DNA of 63,057 bases, filler included, from Nemertoderma westbladi (taxonomy: Eukaryota > Animalia > Xenacoelomorpha), in the NCBI GenBank assembly GCA_032718475.1. It is 3 parts of 3 records of this genome, joined end to end, with 100 filler letters (N's around TTAATTAATTAA, not from the genome) between each part and the next. Parts side by side here need not be neighbours in the genome. Positions count along the whole stretch, not along the records: positions 45,920 to 63,057 come from JAUCBJ010002438.1; 2 more parts are not named here. One strand, 5' to 3'. Each line of letters begins with the position of its first letter. Position 1 is the stretch's first letter. The translations under genes were made by a program, and so were the position numbers. Shown piece after piece: positions 49,861-63,057 of this stretch. Below the pieces are notes generated by a model. That model did not search any database and was not told where the DNA came from. It saw nothing but the letters and a program-made list of their open reading frames with translations.

Positions 49861-51844
49861 CCCAGTTAAACATGAGTATGTGTTTCATATATGGTTGCCA
49901 TAAATAATTCGACATGTGATACATATATGTAAATGTTACAGTGTTGTAAAATGTGATCAATATGTGGAATATTCACATGCGATACACATATGTTTTTTAT
50001 GTGACAAGTGCGACAAAAAGAGTAAAAATTTAAACTGAGACCGACCAATCACTGGTGTGGGTCTGCATTTCCTATAGAGAGGTGGGGCGGGGGGGGGGGG
50101 GGGGGTATAGCCTACCTCAGTACCTTCCTTATCCTATCCAATCCCTACACCCTATCCTACGGCTCTACACCTACCCTATACAACATCAACAAGAAGGAAG
50201 CATCGGAGTATATATGAAAATATTTAATCCATAGTGATGAGAGTATCCTTAATAGATTTTGGTGATGATCCGTAAATTCGTATTCTATTAGTTAGATTTA
50301 ATTAAGTTATCCAATTTCCAGCTATAATAGATTAGGCCCCTATTCATTTTGATAAATCTTCGAAAATTAATTAATACTAAGATCATATAATTGCTCATAT
50401 GATATTTTATATCTAATTTTAAGACATCTTTTCCATACAACATATATATACCACATATGAAACATATGTTCAATTTGTTAACGGGATAAGAACTGCAATA
50501 GGCCTGCCTACCTTACGCCTGGTATAGTGCATGTACAGTATGTTATCTGTCTATGTCTGTACCCCTTACTGATACTTAGCAGCACAGATGACAATGCACA
50601 ACCACAACCTGACAAGTGAAAACCACCATACAGCCATACATATGTTTGTCTAATTCTGTTAATAAATGTTATAGTAAATTATGATAATGCTCTCCATAGT
50701 GAAAAATATCAACCGCCCCTATTGGGGCTCGAACTCGGTACCTATTTTATTTATTATATTTTAGGTACCGAGTTCGAGCCCCAATAGGGGCGGTTGATAT
50801 TTTTCACTATGGAGAGCATTATCATAATGTACTGTACTATAACATTTATTTAATTCGCCGTCACCCTCCCCACAACAATTCATTTATAATTAATTCTGTT
50901 AATACAGCACTGTACAATGCACAGCACAATGTGCGTGCATAGTGCAAGGCAGAAAGCAGGCAAGTCACACACTGCATCACTGAACAATTGAGTTGCCTAT
51001 GATAAGCGGAAGGCTTATGCAACGCATTATGCTGTTATGGGTAAAATATAAAATAATTTGCGATTCAATAGCTAAACTGCAAGCGACACGACGTGGTTAA
51101 GAAGAAAGATTGCAGCATCAGACTATGAAATGTCTATCATTTTAAGAATGTGTCCCACCGCCAGCCCTCCAATGCAATAAACAAAACAATTGGACGATCG
51201 ACTATGGTTACTTCAATTTAGTGTCCATACAGCCTTCACTTCACAGATCATTTAAACCTTATAGCAGGCCTATGTATTGATTATACATTATATGGTTAAA
51301 TGGCCGGTACTTTAGAAAATACAGTATAACAAAAAAAAAATAGATTCAACGTATTATACTGCTGATTAAAACGATATTTGTTCTATGTTTTTTAATGCAA
51401 AAAGCTGAGTAATGACAACAACAAATTCCGCACCCCCCCCCCCCCCCCCTCGCTATTATTTTCAGTACATGTATTACTGTAAGGCCTGTATTACCATAAG
51501 ACAAACATGTGTGCAACATATAAAATCCATGAACTGGATTACACAATTACGAATTAAATAGTTTATGGATTTAAATTTAACTTCTGAGTCTTGGCTATGG
51601 CTATTTCACATATGTTCGACATACAGTATATTATTCACATGCGCATTCTCACACATTTATTTATGATAAATTCATATGTGCAACATATAAATACCATAAA
51701 TGGCGATACACACATTCTAAGTGTATGTATCACCGCATGCGTGACATGTATTATACATGAGCATAAAAACCCAATTTCCAGACACACCTATTCCATACAA
51801 CATATATATACCACATATGAAACATAAGTTCATGTTTAACTGGG
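49861..51844. mobile_element. CACTA/EnSpm-like non-autonomous element inserted in LINE ORF1
   Basis: TIR CCCAGTTAAACATGA, 2-bp TSD GT; removing it restores ORF1 in frame. Confidence 0.8.
50678..50828. repeat. Perfect inverted repeat, 67-bp arms, 17-nt AT loop
   Basis: 50678-50744 is the reverse complement of 50762-50828; pairing extends imperfectly to 50661/50850. Confidence 0.95.
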
Positions 51845-52419
51845 GTGTGAGTTGACGAATGCGGGCGGTGTACCTGCTGGTGCCACGTCCGGGCCTGCGG
51901 CGGGAAAGCGTTGGTTCGGGGTCGGATTAACTGCGGTGGTCCTTGGAGACTGACAATTCTGCAGGTTGGCCCTGTTAGGATCTGCGAAACAAGCGTCGCA
52001 AACGAATCCCCGTTTTAAACGTACCTGGAAACGGTTACAGACGACGCAATAACCCATTATTAGGCCTATGCCCTATGCACTTTGCAGCTTAGCACAGCAC
52101 AGATGTACCACCGAGAGTAAAACCACCCTAAGTCAAAATGGGGTGTTATTACACTGCTACTGTATATTACTGATGTTCTTAATGGTTCATGGTCCTATTG
52201 ACATAAGTAACCATTATTACCCTAATGTGTTTGTGTGTGTCCAGAGCAATATCTCAGTTATTTACGAAACAATTGAAACGAAATTTGGACAAGCGTTAGA
52301 TATAGGCATAACGACGGTTCATACAGAAAATTAGGTTTTATACTACACCTACTGTAACCCTACACCTACTACACCTACACCTACTGTATTTTTTAACTTC
52401 AATATTTCAATCAATCCTA

Positions 52420-52790
52420 CAAAGCATGGTATAATCATGACCGACGCCGGAGCTCCTACACTCGTCTGCGTGGGGTTCGAGCTTGCGATTTCTGGCTATG
52501 GATTGGGCATATCCAGGGTCTGTGGCACCACCGTTGATGAGTAAGGCCTGCAGGGGGGGGAGATGACCCCCCCCCCCCCCCCCCCCCCCGCAAAAGTCCA
52601 AGGCCATTGGCTGACTGCGATTCCAGTTAGGGATAAAAATGTTGGCTGGACGACTGCGAGAACCAGGAATGAGGCCGGGGACTCCGAATCGCGACATTAG
52701 AGCAGCAGATTGCGTAGCTACGAAAATAGAGCCCCGAACAGAGTCATAACGAGCAATCCTGCCCCCGTCTCCACAGCAACCAATCCAGTT
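52420..52790 (-). mobile_element. Fragment of a CRE-like non-LTR element (restriction-like endonuclease region)
   Basis: CCGDGGRIARYD...LIPGSRSRPANIFIPNW...ALDF, a degenerate RHD...RPAD...ALD pattern. Confidence 0.6.
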
Positions 52791-52799
52791 GTATGGTAA

Positions 52800-55700
52800 T
52801 GAAATGGCATATTACTACTGTATTAGCGGCACAAAACAACGCAAATTTGTTCACATTCTTTTGACATTGTTCCAAGTGGCAGTTAATAGCGCTAGAAAGT
52901 TTCCCGTCTTGTGTAATATAAGCGGTATTACGAACTACCAGATTTCCTTACTTAAAATCGCCTTTATCAATATGATTACCATTAATAACTATAAACTTTG
53001 TTTTTTTCTCGTTTATTACTGTACCATAAATCGAACAAAAACGTCCTAATACATCTAGCTTTTTTTCAAACATTTCGCACGAGGTTGCGACGATAGCTCT
53101 GTATCGTCCATAAGTAGGAGGGCGTGTAATGCACATAAATATCCGTCTAAACCGACAAATCTCAACATATGTATCACAGGGTCAATGAAAATTGTAAAAA
53201 GAAGAAAACCACTGGATAGCGCACACGCCATTACATACGCGTATGCACATACGGATACGGCGAAAAGTTACACCCAGCAAGACTTTTGTTGTGCAAATAA
53301 ATATAATCAATCAGCAGTTAAAATTAACTGCTCCAAATAATAAAGCAATAATTTTTGATTATACAGTAATTCTACTTAATCGAAAACTTGTTTGGTCTTA
53401 AATGAATTATTAAGATATCATATTATGAGTATCGAAAAATTATATTAATCTTAAATGAATATTACTCATATTAATGGAAGAATCAGAACGATAATACATA
53501 TTCTAACAAATATTAGAATATTCATATGTAACATAAAGATAAAACATATAATAAAAGTGGTTACAATCCTGTAAAATATGAAATATAATACAGTAACAAC
53601 GCCAAGTGGGGACTTCGCGCAGCACGTGATATAAAGTTATGTTAAGTGACAACTCGAAGGAAATATAAAGTAAATTATAAGCAGATGTCCCCTAATCACT
53701 TTACCACCTAAAGGCAGACTGGGTAACTGCAGTCGAACATTTCTAAATTTTTTTCTTTTCAGAATTCTAGCGGTAGACTTGAGAACTGCCGATGTATTAC
53801 TGTCCCTATATAGACGCAGCCCTGTAGGTTTTGTCTATGGTCTAGCATGTATATCTGCTAAGTTTCAGATTGAACGGATATCAAAAAACGAAATTAGAGA
53901 AGATATTTACTTTCGGACATTTCGATGTGTTGTACTGTAGCACATATCTGACGAGATTCAGATACTATTTATAATTGGATTTTCACTAAAAATAATTATG
54001 TTTCAATTATTTTAATTGGTATAATAGGGAGGCTGTCACTGCGCAGTCGAATACCGCCTTTCTTAAATGAAATGGCATATTACTATTTGCGGCGCAAAAC
54101 AGCGCAAATTTGTTCACATTCTTTTGACATTGTTCCAAGTGGCAGTTAATAGCGCTAGAAAGTTTCCCGTCTTGTGTAATATAAGCGGTATTACGAACTA
54201 CCACATTTCCTTACTTAAAATCGCCTTTATCAATATGATTACCATTAATAACTATAAACTTTGTTTTTTTCTCGTTTATTACTGTACCATAAATGGAACG
54301 AAAACGTCCTAATACATCTAAGCTTTTTTTCAAACATTTCGCACGAGGTTGCGACGATAGCTCTGTATCGTCCATAAGTAGGAGGGCGTGTAATGCACAT
54401 AAATATCCGTCTAAACCGACAAATCTCAACATATGTATCACAGGGTCAATGAAAATTGTAAAAAGAAAACAACTGGATGGCGGTTTGGCATCCATGGCGG
54501 GATGTGCACTTCTTACTGGTCCGCAATGCCTAATCTCTAAAATCGCATATGGATTATTCTCCATAGAAATCCATTACATACGCACATACAGTACGCGTAT
54601 GTCCATACGGATACGGTGAAAAGTTACACCCAGGATGACTTTTATAGTGCATAAAAAAATATAATCAATCAGCAGTTAAAATTAACTGCTCCAAATAAAT
54701 CATTTATTTAATTGTATTACTTTTACTTATTCGAAAACTTGTTAATAATGGTCTTAAATGAATTATTAATATATCATATTATGAGTATCGAAAAATTATA
54801 TTAATCTTAAATTAATAGTACTCATATTAATGGAAGAATCAGCACAATATTACATATTCTAACAAGTATTAGACTATTCATATGTGTAACATAAAGATAA
54901 AACATATAACAAAAGTGTTTAGAATCCTGTAAAATATGAAATATAATAACAACACCAAGGTTGGAATTCACGCAGCACGTGATATAAAGTTATGTTAAGT
55001 GACAACTAGAAGGAAATATAAAGTAAATTATAAGCAGATGTCCCCTAATCACTTTACCACCTAAAGGCAGACTGGGTAACTGCAGTCGAACATTTCTAAA
55101 TTTTTTTCATTTCAGAATTCTAGCGGTAGACTTGAGAACTGCCGATGTATTACTGTCCCTACATAGACGCAGCCCTGTAGGTTTTTTCTATGGTCTAGCA
55201 TGTATATCTGCCAAGGAAATGGTGAAAAATATCGAGACTTGAAAAATATCGAGAGTAAAAATAACGAGAGTAAAAATATCGAGAGTAAAAATAACGCGAG
55301 ATGAAAAATATCGAAAATAACGAGTGTTGCAAAATATCGAGTGTTGAAAAATATCGAGAGCAAAAATATCTAGTGTTGAAAAATATCGAGTGTTGAAAGA
55401 TATCGAGAGTAAAGATATCGAGAGTAAAAATATCGAGAGTAAAAATATCGAGAGTAAAAATATCGAGAGTAAAAATATCGAGAGTAAAAATATCGAGAGT
55501 AAAAATATCGAGAGTAAAAATATCGAGAGTAAAAATCGAGAGTAAAAATATCGAGAGTAAAAATAACGAGAGTAAAAATATCGAGAGTAAAAATAACGCG
55601 AGATGAAAAATATCGAAAATAACGAGTGTTGAAAAATATCGAGTGTTGAAAAATATCGAGAGTAAAAATATCGAGTGTTGAAAAATATCGAGTGTTGAAA

Positions 55701-58495
55701 AATATCGAGAGTAAAGATATCGAGAGTAAAAATATCGAGTGTTGAAAATATCGAGAGTAAAAATATCGAGAGTCAAAATATCGAGAGTAAAAATATCGAG
55801 AGTAAAAATATCGAGAGTAAAAATATCGAGAGTAAAAATATCGTGAGTAAAAATATCGAGAGTAAAAATATCGAGAGTAAAAATATCGAGTGTTGAAAAA
55901 TATCGAGAGTAAAAATAACGAGTGTTGAAAAATATCGAGAGTAAAAATATCGAGAGTAAAAATATCGAGTGTTGAAAAATATCGAGAGTAAAATTATCAA
56001 GAGTAAAAATATCGAGAGTAAAAATATCGAGTGTTGAAAAATATCGAGAGTAAAAATATTGCATTTTGCTTGAGCATTTTATTTAGAATTATGGAACAAT
56101 ATTGCTGTGCATGGGTTACAACAGTGCAAGTGAATGGCATTAATGCACCTTGGGTACCCATTTACCAGATTTATTATACTAGCTAGTTTTTGCTATTTTT
56201 TTAATAAATAAGTATAAAAGAAGTGCTAGCTATAAATTTTGATAAATATTTTTGTTCTAGAACACATTTTTTAGTTCTAGATCATATTTTTAATTTTTTT
56301 AAATAGCTAGTATTTTCTACTTCTTTTTATAAATGTTATAGAACACGTGAAAGCTACCAAATGTTGATAAATATTTTTGTTCTAGAACACATTTTTTTGT
56401 TCTACTGTAGAACCTTTTTTAGGAAAAAAATTATCATACAACCCTTATTTAAAAAAATTTTTACTATCGATATTTTTACTCTCGATATTTTTCAACACTC
56501 GATATTTTTCAACAATCGATATTTTTACTCTCGAAATTTTTCAACACTCGATATTTTTCAACACTCGATATTTTTACTCTTGATATTTTTCAACACTCGA
56601 TATTTTTACTCTCGATATTCTTCAATACTCGATATTTTTACTCTCGATATTTTTCAACACTCGATATTTTTACTCTTCATATTTTTCAACACTCGATATT
56701 TTTACTCTCGATATTTTTCAACACTCGATATTTTTACTCTCGATATTTTTCAACACTCGATATTTTTACTCTCGATATTTTTCAACACTCGATATTTTTA
56801 CTCTCGATATTTTTCAACACTCGATATTTTTACTCTCGATATTTTTACTCTCGATATTTTTTGAACTCTCGATATTATCGTTATTTTTCAACACTCGATG
56901 TTTTTATTCTCATTATTTTTACTCTCGATATTTTTCATGTCTCGATATTTTTCAATATAACCTCTGCCAAGTTTCAGCTTGAACGGATATCAAAAAACGA
57001 AATGAGAGAAGATATTTACTTTCGGACATTTCGATGTGTTGTATACTGTAGCACATATCTGACGAGATTCAGATACTATTTATAATTGGATTTTCACTAA
57101 AAATAATTATGTTTCAACTATTTTTAATTGGTATAATAGGGAGGCTGTCACTGCGCAGTCGAATACCGCCTTTCTTAAATGAAATGGCATATTACTATTT
57201 GCGGCGCAAAACAGCGCAAATTTGTTCACATTCTTTTGACATTGTTCCAAGTGGCAGTTAATAGCGCTAGAAAGTTTCCCGTCTTGTGTAATATAAGCGG
57301 TATTACGAACTACCACATTTCCTTACTTAAAATCGCCTTTATCAATATGATTACCATTAATAACTATAAACTTTGTTTTTTTCTCGTTTATTACTGTACC
57401 ATAAATCGAACAAAAACGTCCTAATACATCTAGCTTTTTTTCAAACATTTCGCACGAGGTTGCGACGATAGCTCTGTATCGTCCATAAGTAGGAGGGCGT
57501 GTAATGCACGTAAATATCCGTCTAAACCCACAAATCTCAACATATACAGTATATCACAGGGTCAATGAAAATTGTAAAAAGAAAACCACTGGATGGCGCA
57601 CACGCCATCCAGTGGTTTGGCATCCATGGGTGCTGTACACTTCTTACTGGTCCGCAATGCCTAATCTCTAAAATCACATATGGATTATTCTCTATAGAAA
57701 TCCATAACATACGCACATACGCGTATGCACATACGGATACGGTGAAAAGTTACACCCATGATGACTTTTATAGTGCATAAAAAAATATAATCGATCAGCA
57801 GTTAAAATTAACTGCTCCAAATAAATCATTTATTTAATTGTATTACTTTTACTTATTCGAAAACTTGTTAATAATGGTCTTAAATGAATTATTAAGATAT
57901 CATATTATGAGTATCGAAAAATTATATTAATCTTAAATGAATATTACTCATATTAATGGAAGAATCAGAACGATATTACATATTCTAACAAATATTAGAC
58001 TATTCATATGTAACATAAAGATAAAACATATAACAAAAGTGTTTAGAATCCTGTAAAATATGAAATATAATAACAACACCAAGGTTGGAATTCACGCAGC
58101 ACGTGATATAAAGTTATGTTAAGTGACAACTCGAAGGAAATATAAAGTAAATTATAAGCAGATGTCCCCTAATCACTTTACCACCTAAAGGCAGACTGGG
58201 TAACTACAGTCGAACATTTCTAAATTTTTTTCATTTCAGAATTCTAGCGGTAGACTTGAGAACTGCCGATGAATTACTGTCCCTACATAGACGCAGCCCT
58301 GTAGGTTTTGTCTATGGTCTAGCATGTATATCTGCTAAGTTTCATCTTGAACGGATATCAAAAAACGAAATGAGAGAAGATATTTACTTTCGGACATTTC
58401 GATGTGTTGTATACTGTAGCACATATCTGACGAGATTCAGATACTATTTATAATTGGATTTTCACTAAAAATAATTATGTTTCAACTATTTTTAA
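52800..58495. repeat. Three head-to-tail ~1.3-1.4-kb units (LINE RT fragment plus HINE-like segment)
   Basis: GAAATGGCATATTACT at 52801, 54069 and 57181; repeated ORF-track peptides; minus-strand LHALLLMDDT. Confidence 0.9.
55215..56962. mobile_element. Foldback/Mutator-like element with long inverted arms built of 15/17-bp repeats
   Basis: (AAAAATATCGAGAGT / AAAAATATCGAGTGTTG)n at 55225-56060 is inverted at 56455-56955; GG...CC termini; 8-bp TSD TCTGCCAA. Confidence 0.88.
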
Positions 58496-59374
58496 TTTTC
58501 GTGTCCATCCAATATAATCATAGGCCTATTTCACTAAAAATAATTTAAGATTTAATCACTTTAATTCACTTTCCACTAATTTTCCATTAAATTATCTCAG
58601 CTTTAATTGGGAATGCGTCATTATAGTTCCTTTGGTCATTAGGTCCTATATATTTATATTTTGTCACAATTTTACTTCTTTACAACACAGATTTCTAGCA
58701 AATAATAAAGTGAAACATCTTGGCACTCTCTGGGAGTGTTTCCCCTCGGCTGCTAGCCTCTACTAGCTGTATTCCCTCCGAGGTGGTTTGACCTCTAACC
58801 TTTCTCTGTGGCATTGGGCTTGTATCGCCCTCCCCCCCCCCCCCCCCCAATGTTGGTTATGATACGAGATTAATATTGGTAATCTCGTACCCCCAACATA
58901 TTGCTAAAATGCCACTACTCCCATTTTCTGGTTGGTAATGAAGTGGAATTGAATCCGCTTACACTCCCCCCCATGCTATCTTCCCGGTGAGAAGATAGCA
59001 TCAACCTCAAGTGCGCTTCAATTCCGCTGGAACCCAATCTAATATCGGGTGTGGGGTGGAGTTTTTTTTCTCGGGGTCGGCTTTCCAGGCCGCCCCCCCT
59101 GGGTATGTTGTTGCTACCCCTCCTTGGTTCAATCACGAGCTATGTTGCACCAAGGTATCTGACGTCTCCGTTTGAGACAATTGTGTTCTCTTCTTCACAC
59201 AATTTTCAAAAAACCTCACTCTCAATCTTACTCTCGGACCTCTCTGTCACTTACTCTCTCTCTCTCTCTCTTGGGACTCTTCCTCTCTCCATGCTCGCTC
59301 CCCACGCTTGAATTGCACTCCTCTCACTCCCTCATGTGTCAACACCTCCTCTCCATACTTCCCTCGTACTCCTC

Positions 59375-59920
59375 TCGGAACTTACCCCAGTCCATCGGCT
59401 TGTGGCAGACAAGCCTCATGAGCTGGCCCATCGCCACTGCTCCACAATGTCCTGTGCCCGCTCCGTGCTCCCCCCGGAACTTGCCCCAGTCCATCGGCTT
59501 GTGGCAGACAAGGCCCATGGGCTGGCCCATAGCCCATCCCCACTGCTCCACAATGTCCTGTGTTCTCTACCACTCCCAAAGTGCCAATTTTCCTTAGTCT
59601 TATGCTATTATCCTATCTACATTTCTACTTCCTTCTTACTATGTACCATACTACTACTATGCTATGCCTACATACCCTTTACTTTCTTACTACGTGGCGC
59701 TCTCGGTGCCCACAACTTCTAACTTCTATGGTACTATGTACCCTAATACTGCTACTACCTACATAATGCTACTACCTAATACCTACATACCACACCCTTC
59801 ACTCTCTAACTACGTGGCGCTTTCGGTGCCCACAACCCCTCTGCTACTACCTCTATGGTATATCTACATACCATGCCATCTACTCTATTTCTATGTGGCG
59901 CTATCGGTGCCCACAACCTC
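59375..59920. repeat. Local tandem duplications (two copies of a ~100-bp unit; three copies of a GTGGCGCT-TCGGTGCCCACAAC motif)
   Basis: Direct sequence repeats. Confidence 0.7.
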
Positions 59921-60255
59921 TAACTCTCTCGGTGCTATGTACCCTGCTATTCCGGTACTATGTACCCTGCTACTACTCTCTTGGTATGTCTATATACCAG
60001 ACACCCTAATTTTTAACTTCTAACTCTCCTCTTACTCTTACTAACTTCTACTAACTTTCTAACTCCTTATTTCTTACAAACTCTTACTAACTTCTAACTA
60101 GTGCTACCTACTATCTAACTATCTACTACCATTACTTTCTAACTTTCTACTATCTCACTTCTTACTCTATTATTTTTTATTATTTATATTTTATTTATGT
60201 GAGAGAAGGGCGTCTCGCCCTCATTCCCACCCCCTCAGTCCAACATATTGGACGA

Positions 60256-61050
60256 CTAAACTTCAAGGGCGATTCTTCCAGCAGGCACTCTCCCACTACC
60301 CCCCCCTGTAGGTCCTCTTATCCTTCGCCACACTCTCCATGCCAATTCCAACTCTCTAGGAATTGATTCTCTCTCCTCCGCCACCCTAAAATCGGGTCTT
60401 TTGGTCGCCTTCTTGATTTTCTCATGGTCCACTGGCAGAAAAATGCCACCCTTCATCTTGTTGTCACCTGGCGGTAGAATGAAAAGAAATCGAAAGAATA
60501 GATAAAACAGAATGGATAATAGTAATACTATCCCTTTCCACCCTGTCTTCTTATTTGACCTTCCCCTTTTCGGTATGCCTCTCAACCGGACCGGCGTCTC
60601 CTCCGGACACTTCTCGGACATCTCGCCGTCCACTCTTCTCCATCCTCGTACCGATACTTGCCGGGAACATCCTTGTTCCATCCCATCGTCTCTAAGTCTT
60701 CCGCGTCAAATCCATTCTCCTCCGCCCACTCTCTTGCTGTAGCTTCCCCTCCTAATTCATCTACCGACGGTATTTTTCTGGAACTATCCTCTATCCTTTC
60801 GCCACGCTCCACTACACGTGGTTCCAGATCCATACCCAACTCCTGGTATCCTTCCCCGGGCCGCTCCTCACATGGGACCTCCCCATCGCCCATCTCTGGT
60901 TTCTCCTTTACGTCCTCAACGGTGCCTGATAGCATGTACCCTGATGTATCCGACACCCTGAATGGAATCTTGGTTTTAATTGGGCCGCTAAGAGTCCATC
61001 CGAACGGCGTGAGAATCACCATCGGATCATGCTGCTTATTCTCTTAACTT
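60256..61050 (-). mobile_element. Possible BEL/Pao LTR-retrotransposon relic
   Basis: Only the ILTPFGWTLSGP motif (Pao protease-region T-x-GW-x-x-x-G). Confidence 0.35.
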
Positions 61051-62267
61051 TTGGGAAATATGGATAGGATCTTTATGAGAGAAAATAAGAGCACTGTCGT
61101 CGGCATATAAAATGAGTTTAAAATCGGGATCTATACTACTTATCATATCATTTACATAGCATACAAAAAGCAGAGGACCTAATCGCTAAAGCTTGATAAA
61201 AATGTGCTATTTTCGTTTTTTATAGGTTTTCAAAGGTCCTGATTCGATTTTAAATGGTTTCAAATTCTCTAGTGGCACAGAGGTGCCACTCTTTAGCATG
61301 TGGCACATTCGTTTAGCATGGTACAAAATATTAAAATTGCTAAAGCTTTATAGAAATGTGCCATTTATAGGTTCTCAAAGAGGTTGACGCGATTATTTTT
61401 GACATGTTCCATAAGTGGCACAATTTCCTGCAACCTTAGTAAACAAAACTATATTTGTAATCCTGTTTACCATTGATCTGTTTAAAACCGTAACATCGAA
61501 CAACTCATTTCCAGCCTGTCTGTTTCTATTTTATCACAATTAAACTGAATTTTTGCTAGTGGGAGAACTACAATGAAATTATGTACACCGCATCAGGTAA
61601 GTTCGATTGTACTTTGGTTAATAATCCAGTATGATATCCATCAATACTGGGGGTTGCAAACCGCACTGTTTGTGAGGAATAATACTGGGAAAAAGTCGAC
61701 TCGACAGTAGTAGTCTCAATTGTTAATTAATAACACAGATTATCAAGCAGTCACACAATACAGCATTAGGTACAACAGCACAGTAGGCGGTATAGGCCTA
61801 GATATAGCAGATTTGTAGAAAATCATACCTGCATACCCAAAAACAATTCAAATTTCCCACTGAATGCGCAGCTAGGCGCAGCCTTTTTAATTTGGTTCAA
61901 ACACTACCATAGTGGTAGAAAGTGATCCAATGGGTTTTGGGACAGGATATCAGGGGATTGGGATTTGCCGGCTTCCGAAATTTGGAAATTAAAATAAAAT
62001 AAAATATTAATTTATTAAATTATTATATTAAATTTTAATATTCAATTCATATTATTATATTATACTGTATAATAAATACACAACGTTACAGGAACATTGT
62101 CGAGGGTTTTCTTTCTTTTTGTAAATAATGTTATCCCTCGCTTTCTGAAAGTCTTTATGGGAAACCTTCATTCGTCTCTCCCGCAATGCATCCCAGCTCC
62201 CAGCTTCGCATCCCAGCTTCGGATCATATCGCTTTGATATCAGTACTTTTCATATTGTTCTTAAATT

Positions 62268-62930
62268 CTATTGAAGAAGATGGCACCACAGAGACTCTAC
62301 CCCCCCAGGATGTCGTATAGTCCTTCGGATGCCGAGTTGATGGATCCCAGTATTGATGCAGTGTTCACAATTAGGGTCGCAGCTGTGTGGCTCCATTACC
62401 TTGCATCCCAAGCAGGTAGCCACGGAAATGCGTAGCTGGGCATCGGTGAGTTTAAGACCCAATGATGATATTGGGATCGCATCAATCCAGCAGCCAGGGA
62501 TCAGATCCTCCAGGGCATTCAACCGGGCGAGGTCAGTTTGGGGTACGGATTCCCGGAGAGAAGCGAGGTTTCTCTGGTGGATTGGCATCGTCCAGGAACT
62601 CTGCTTCCCGTTTGTTGGTGGGGCGGTATCTGGGACGATGGAGGAGTCCCAGAGACTCAGGGCCTTGAGCGAGATCGGATCGCTACAGTGAGGGAGGTCT
62701 CCTGGAGTGGTGGGAGTGGTGTCTGTAATGGGGGAGGGAGGAATCTCTGGGTTGTAGAGGAGGGTGGATAGAGGCCTGCAAGCAGCCGCTGAAGCCAGAT
62801 AGGCAGATGGTGCAAGCTGTTTAGCAGACCTCAATCCAAGACCTCCCACTCGGGCCGGGAGACAGGCCTGGATCCAGGCTGAGTTGGTAATCTCGGTGTT
62901 GGTGAGTTCCTGGAGCGCTGTTCGCGCTTT
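62268..62930 (-). mobile_element. CRE-like non-LTR retrotransposon fragment (post-RT region)
   Basis: LPARVGGLGLRSAKQLAPSAYLAS...Q.SW...W..AIP.SSLGLKL....LRISVA..LG...PH.C. Confidence 0.75.
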
Positions 62931-63057
62931 CAGACCTTTGGCAGTTTAACCCACCAAATTAAGATGTCTTCTAGATATTAAATCAGTTTTTAGTCTATGA
63001 CAAGTATTTGATTCACTACACTAGTCGAAACCAATCCGTGCGCGACCATTCACCCGC

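Larger units (their letters stand above)
46194..52057 (-). mobile_element. Near full-length decayed LINE (RTEX/L2-like): split ORF1 and frameshifted APE-RT-CCHC ORF2
   Basis: ORF2 (~49065-46194): LSWNCAGL, LQETK, GDFNAR, KAAGPDG, NYRGIS, GVLQG, LLMDDS, RICKCG..QTEAH...C. ORF1 spans 52057-51845 plus 49858-49085. Confidence 0.88.

Noticed and set aside
55112-56864. LDIFT-repeat proteins
   Set aside because: Translations of the foldback arm repeats.

Overview
AT-rich animal (probably invertebrate) genomic DNA made almost entirely of nested transposable elements, with two 100-bp scaffold gaps. The host content I can support is a complete three-coding-exon RPL26 gene (minus strand, 35876-39130) and one large GC-rich, low-complexity exon (22976-24170). 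The main finding is an apparently intact, young Ngaro-like tyrosine-recombinase retrotransposon (7360-14944). It has split direct repeats (A1...B1-A2-B2) but three separate ORFs in the unusual order RT/RNaseH -> Gag -> YR. About 22 copies of a 44/46-bp hairpin with two GGA bulges sit where gag normally lies. It is inserted in a P-superfamily (THAP) DNA transposon with a 7-bp TSD, which is in a CR1/L2 3' fragment. That fragment splits a decayed ORF for a DEDDy 3'-5' exonuclease plus CCHC zinc knuckles, followed by a candidate PPT and LTR. The rest holds CR1/L2-, RTE- and CRE-type LINE relics, hAT, Harbinger, Tc1-, CACTA- and Foldback-like non-autonomous elements, Helentron-like repeats, minisatellites and long palindromes. 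All calls come from manual reading and motif recognition; no database searches were run.
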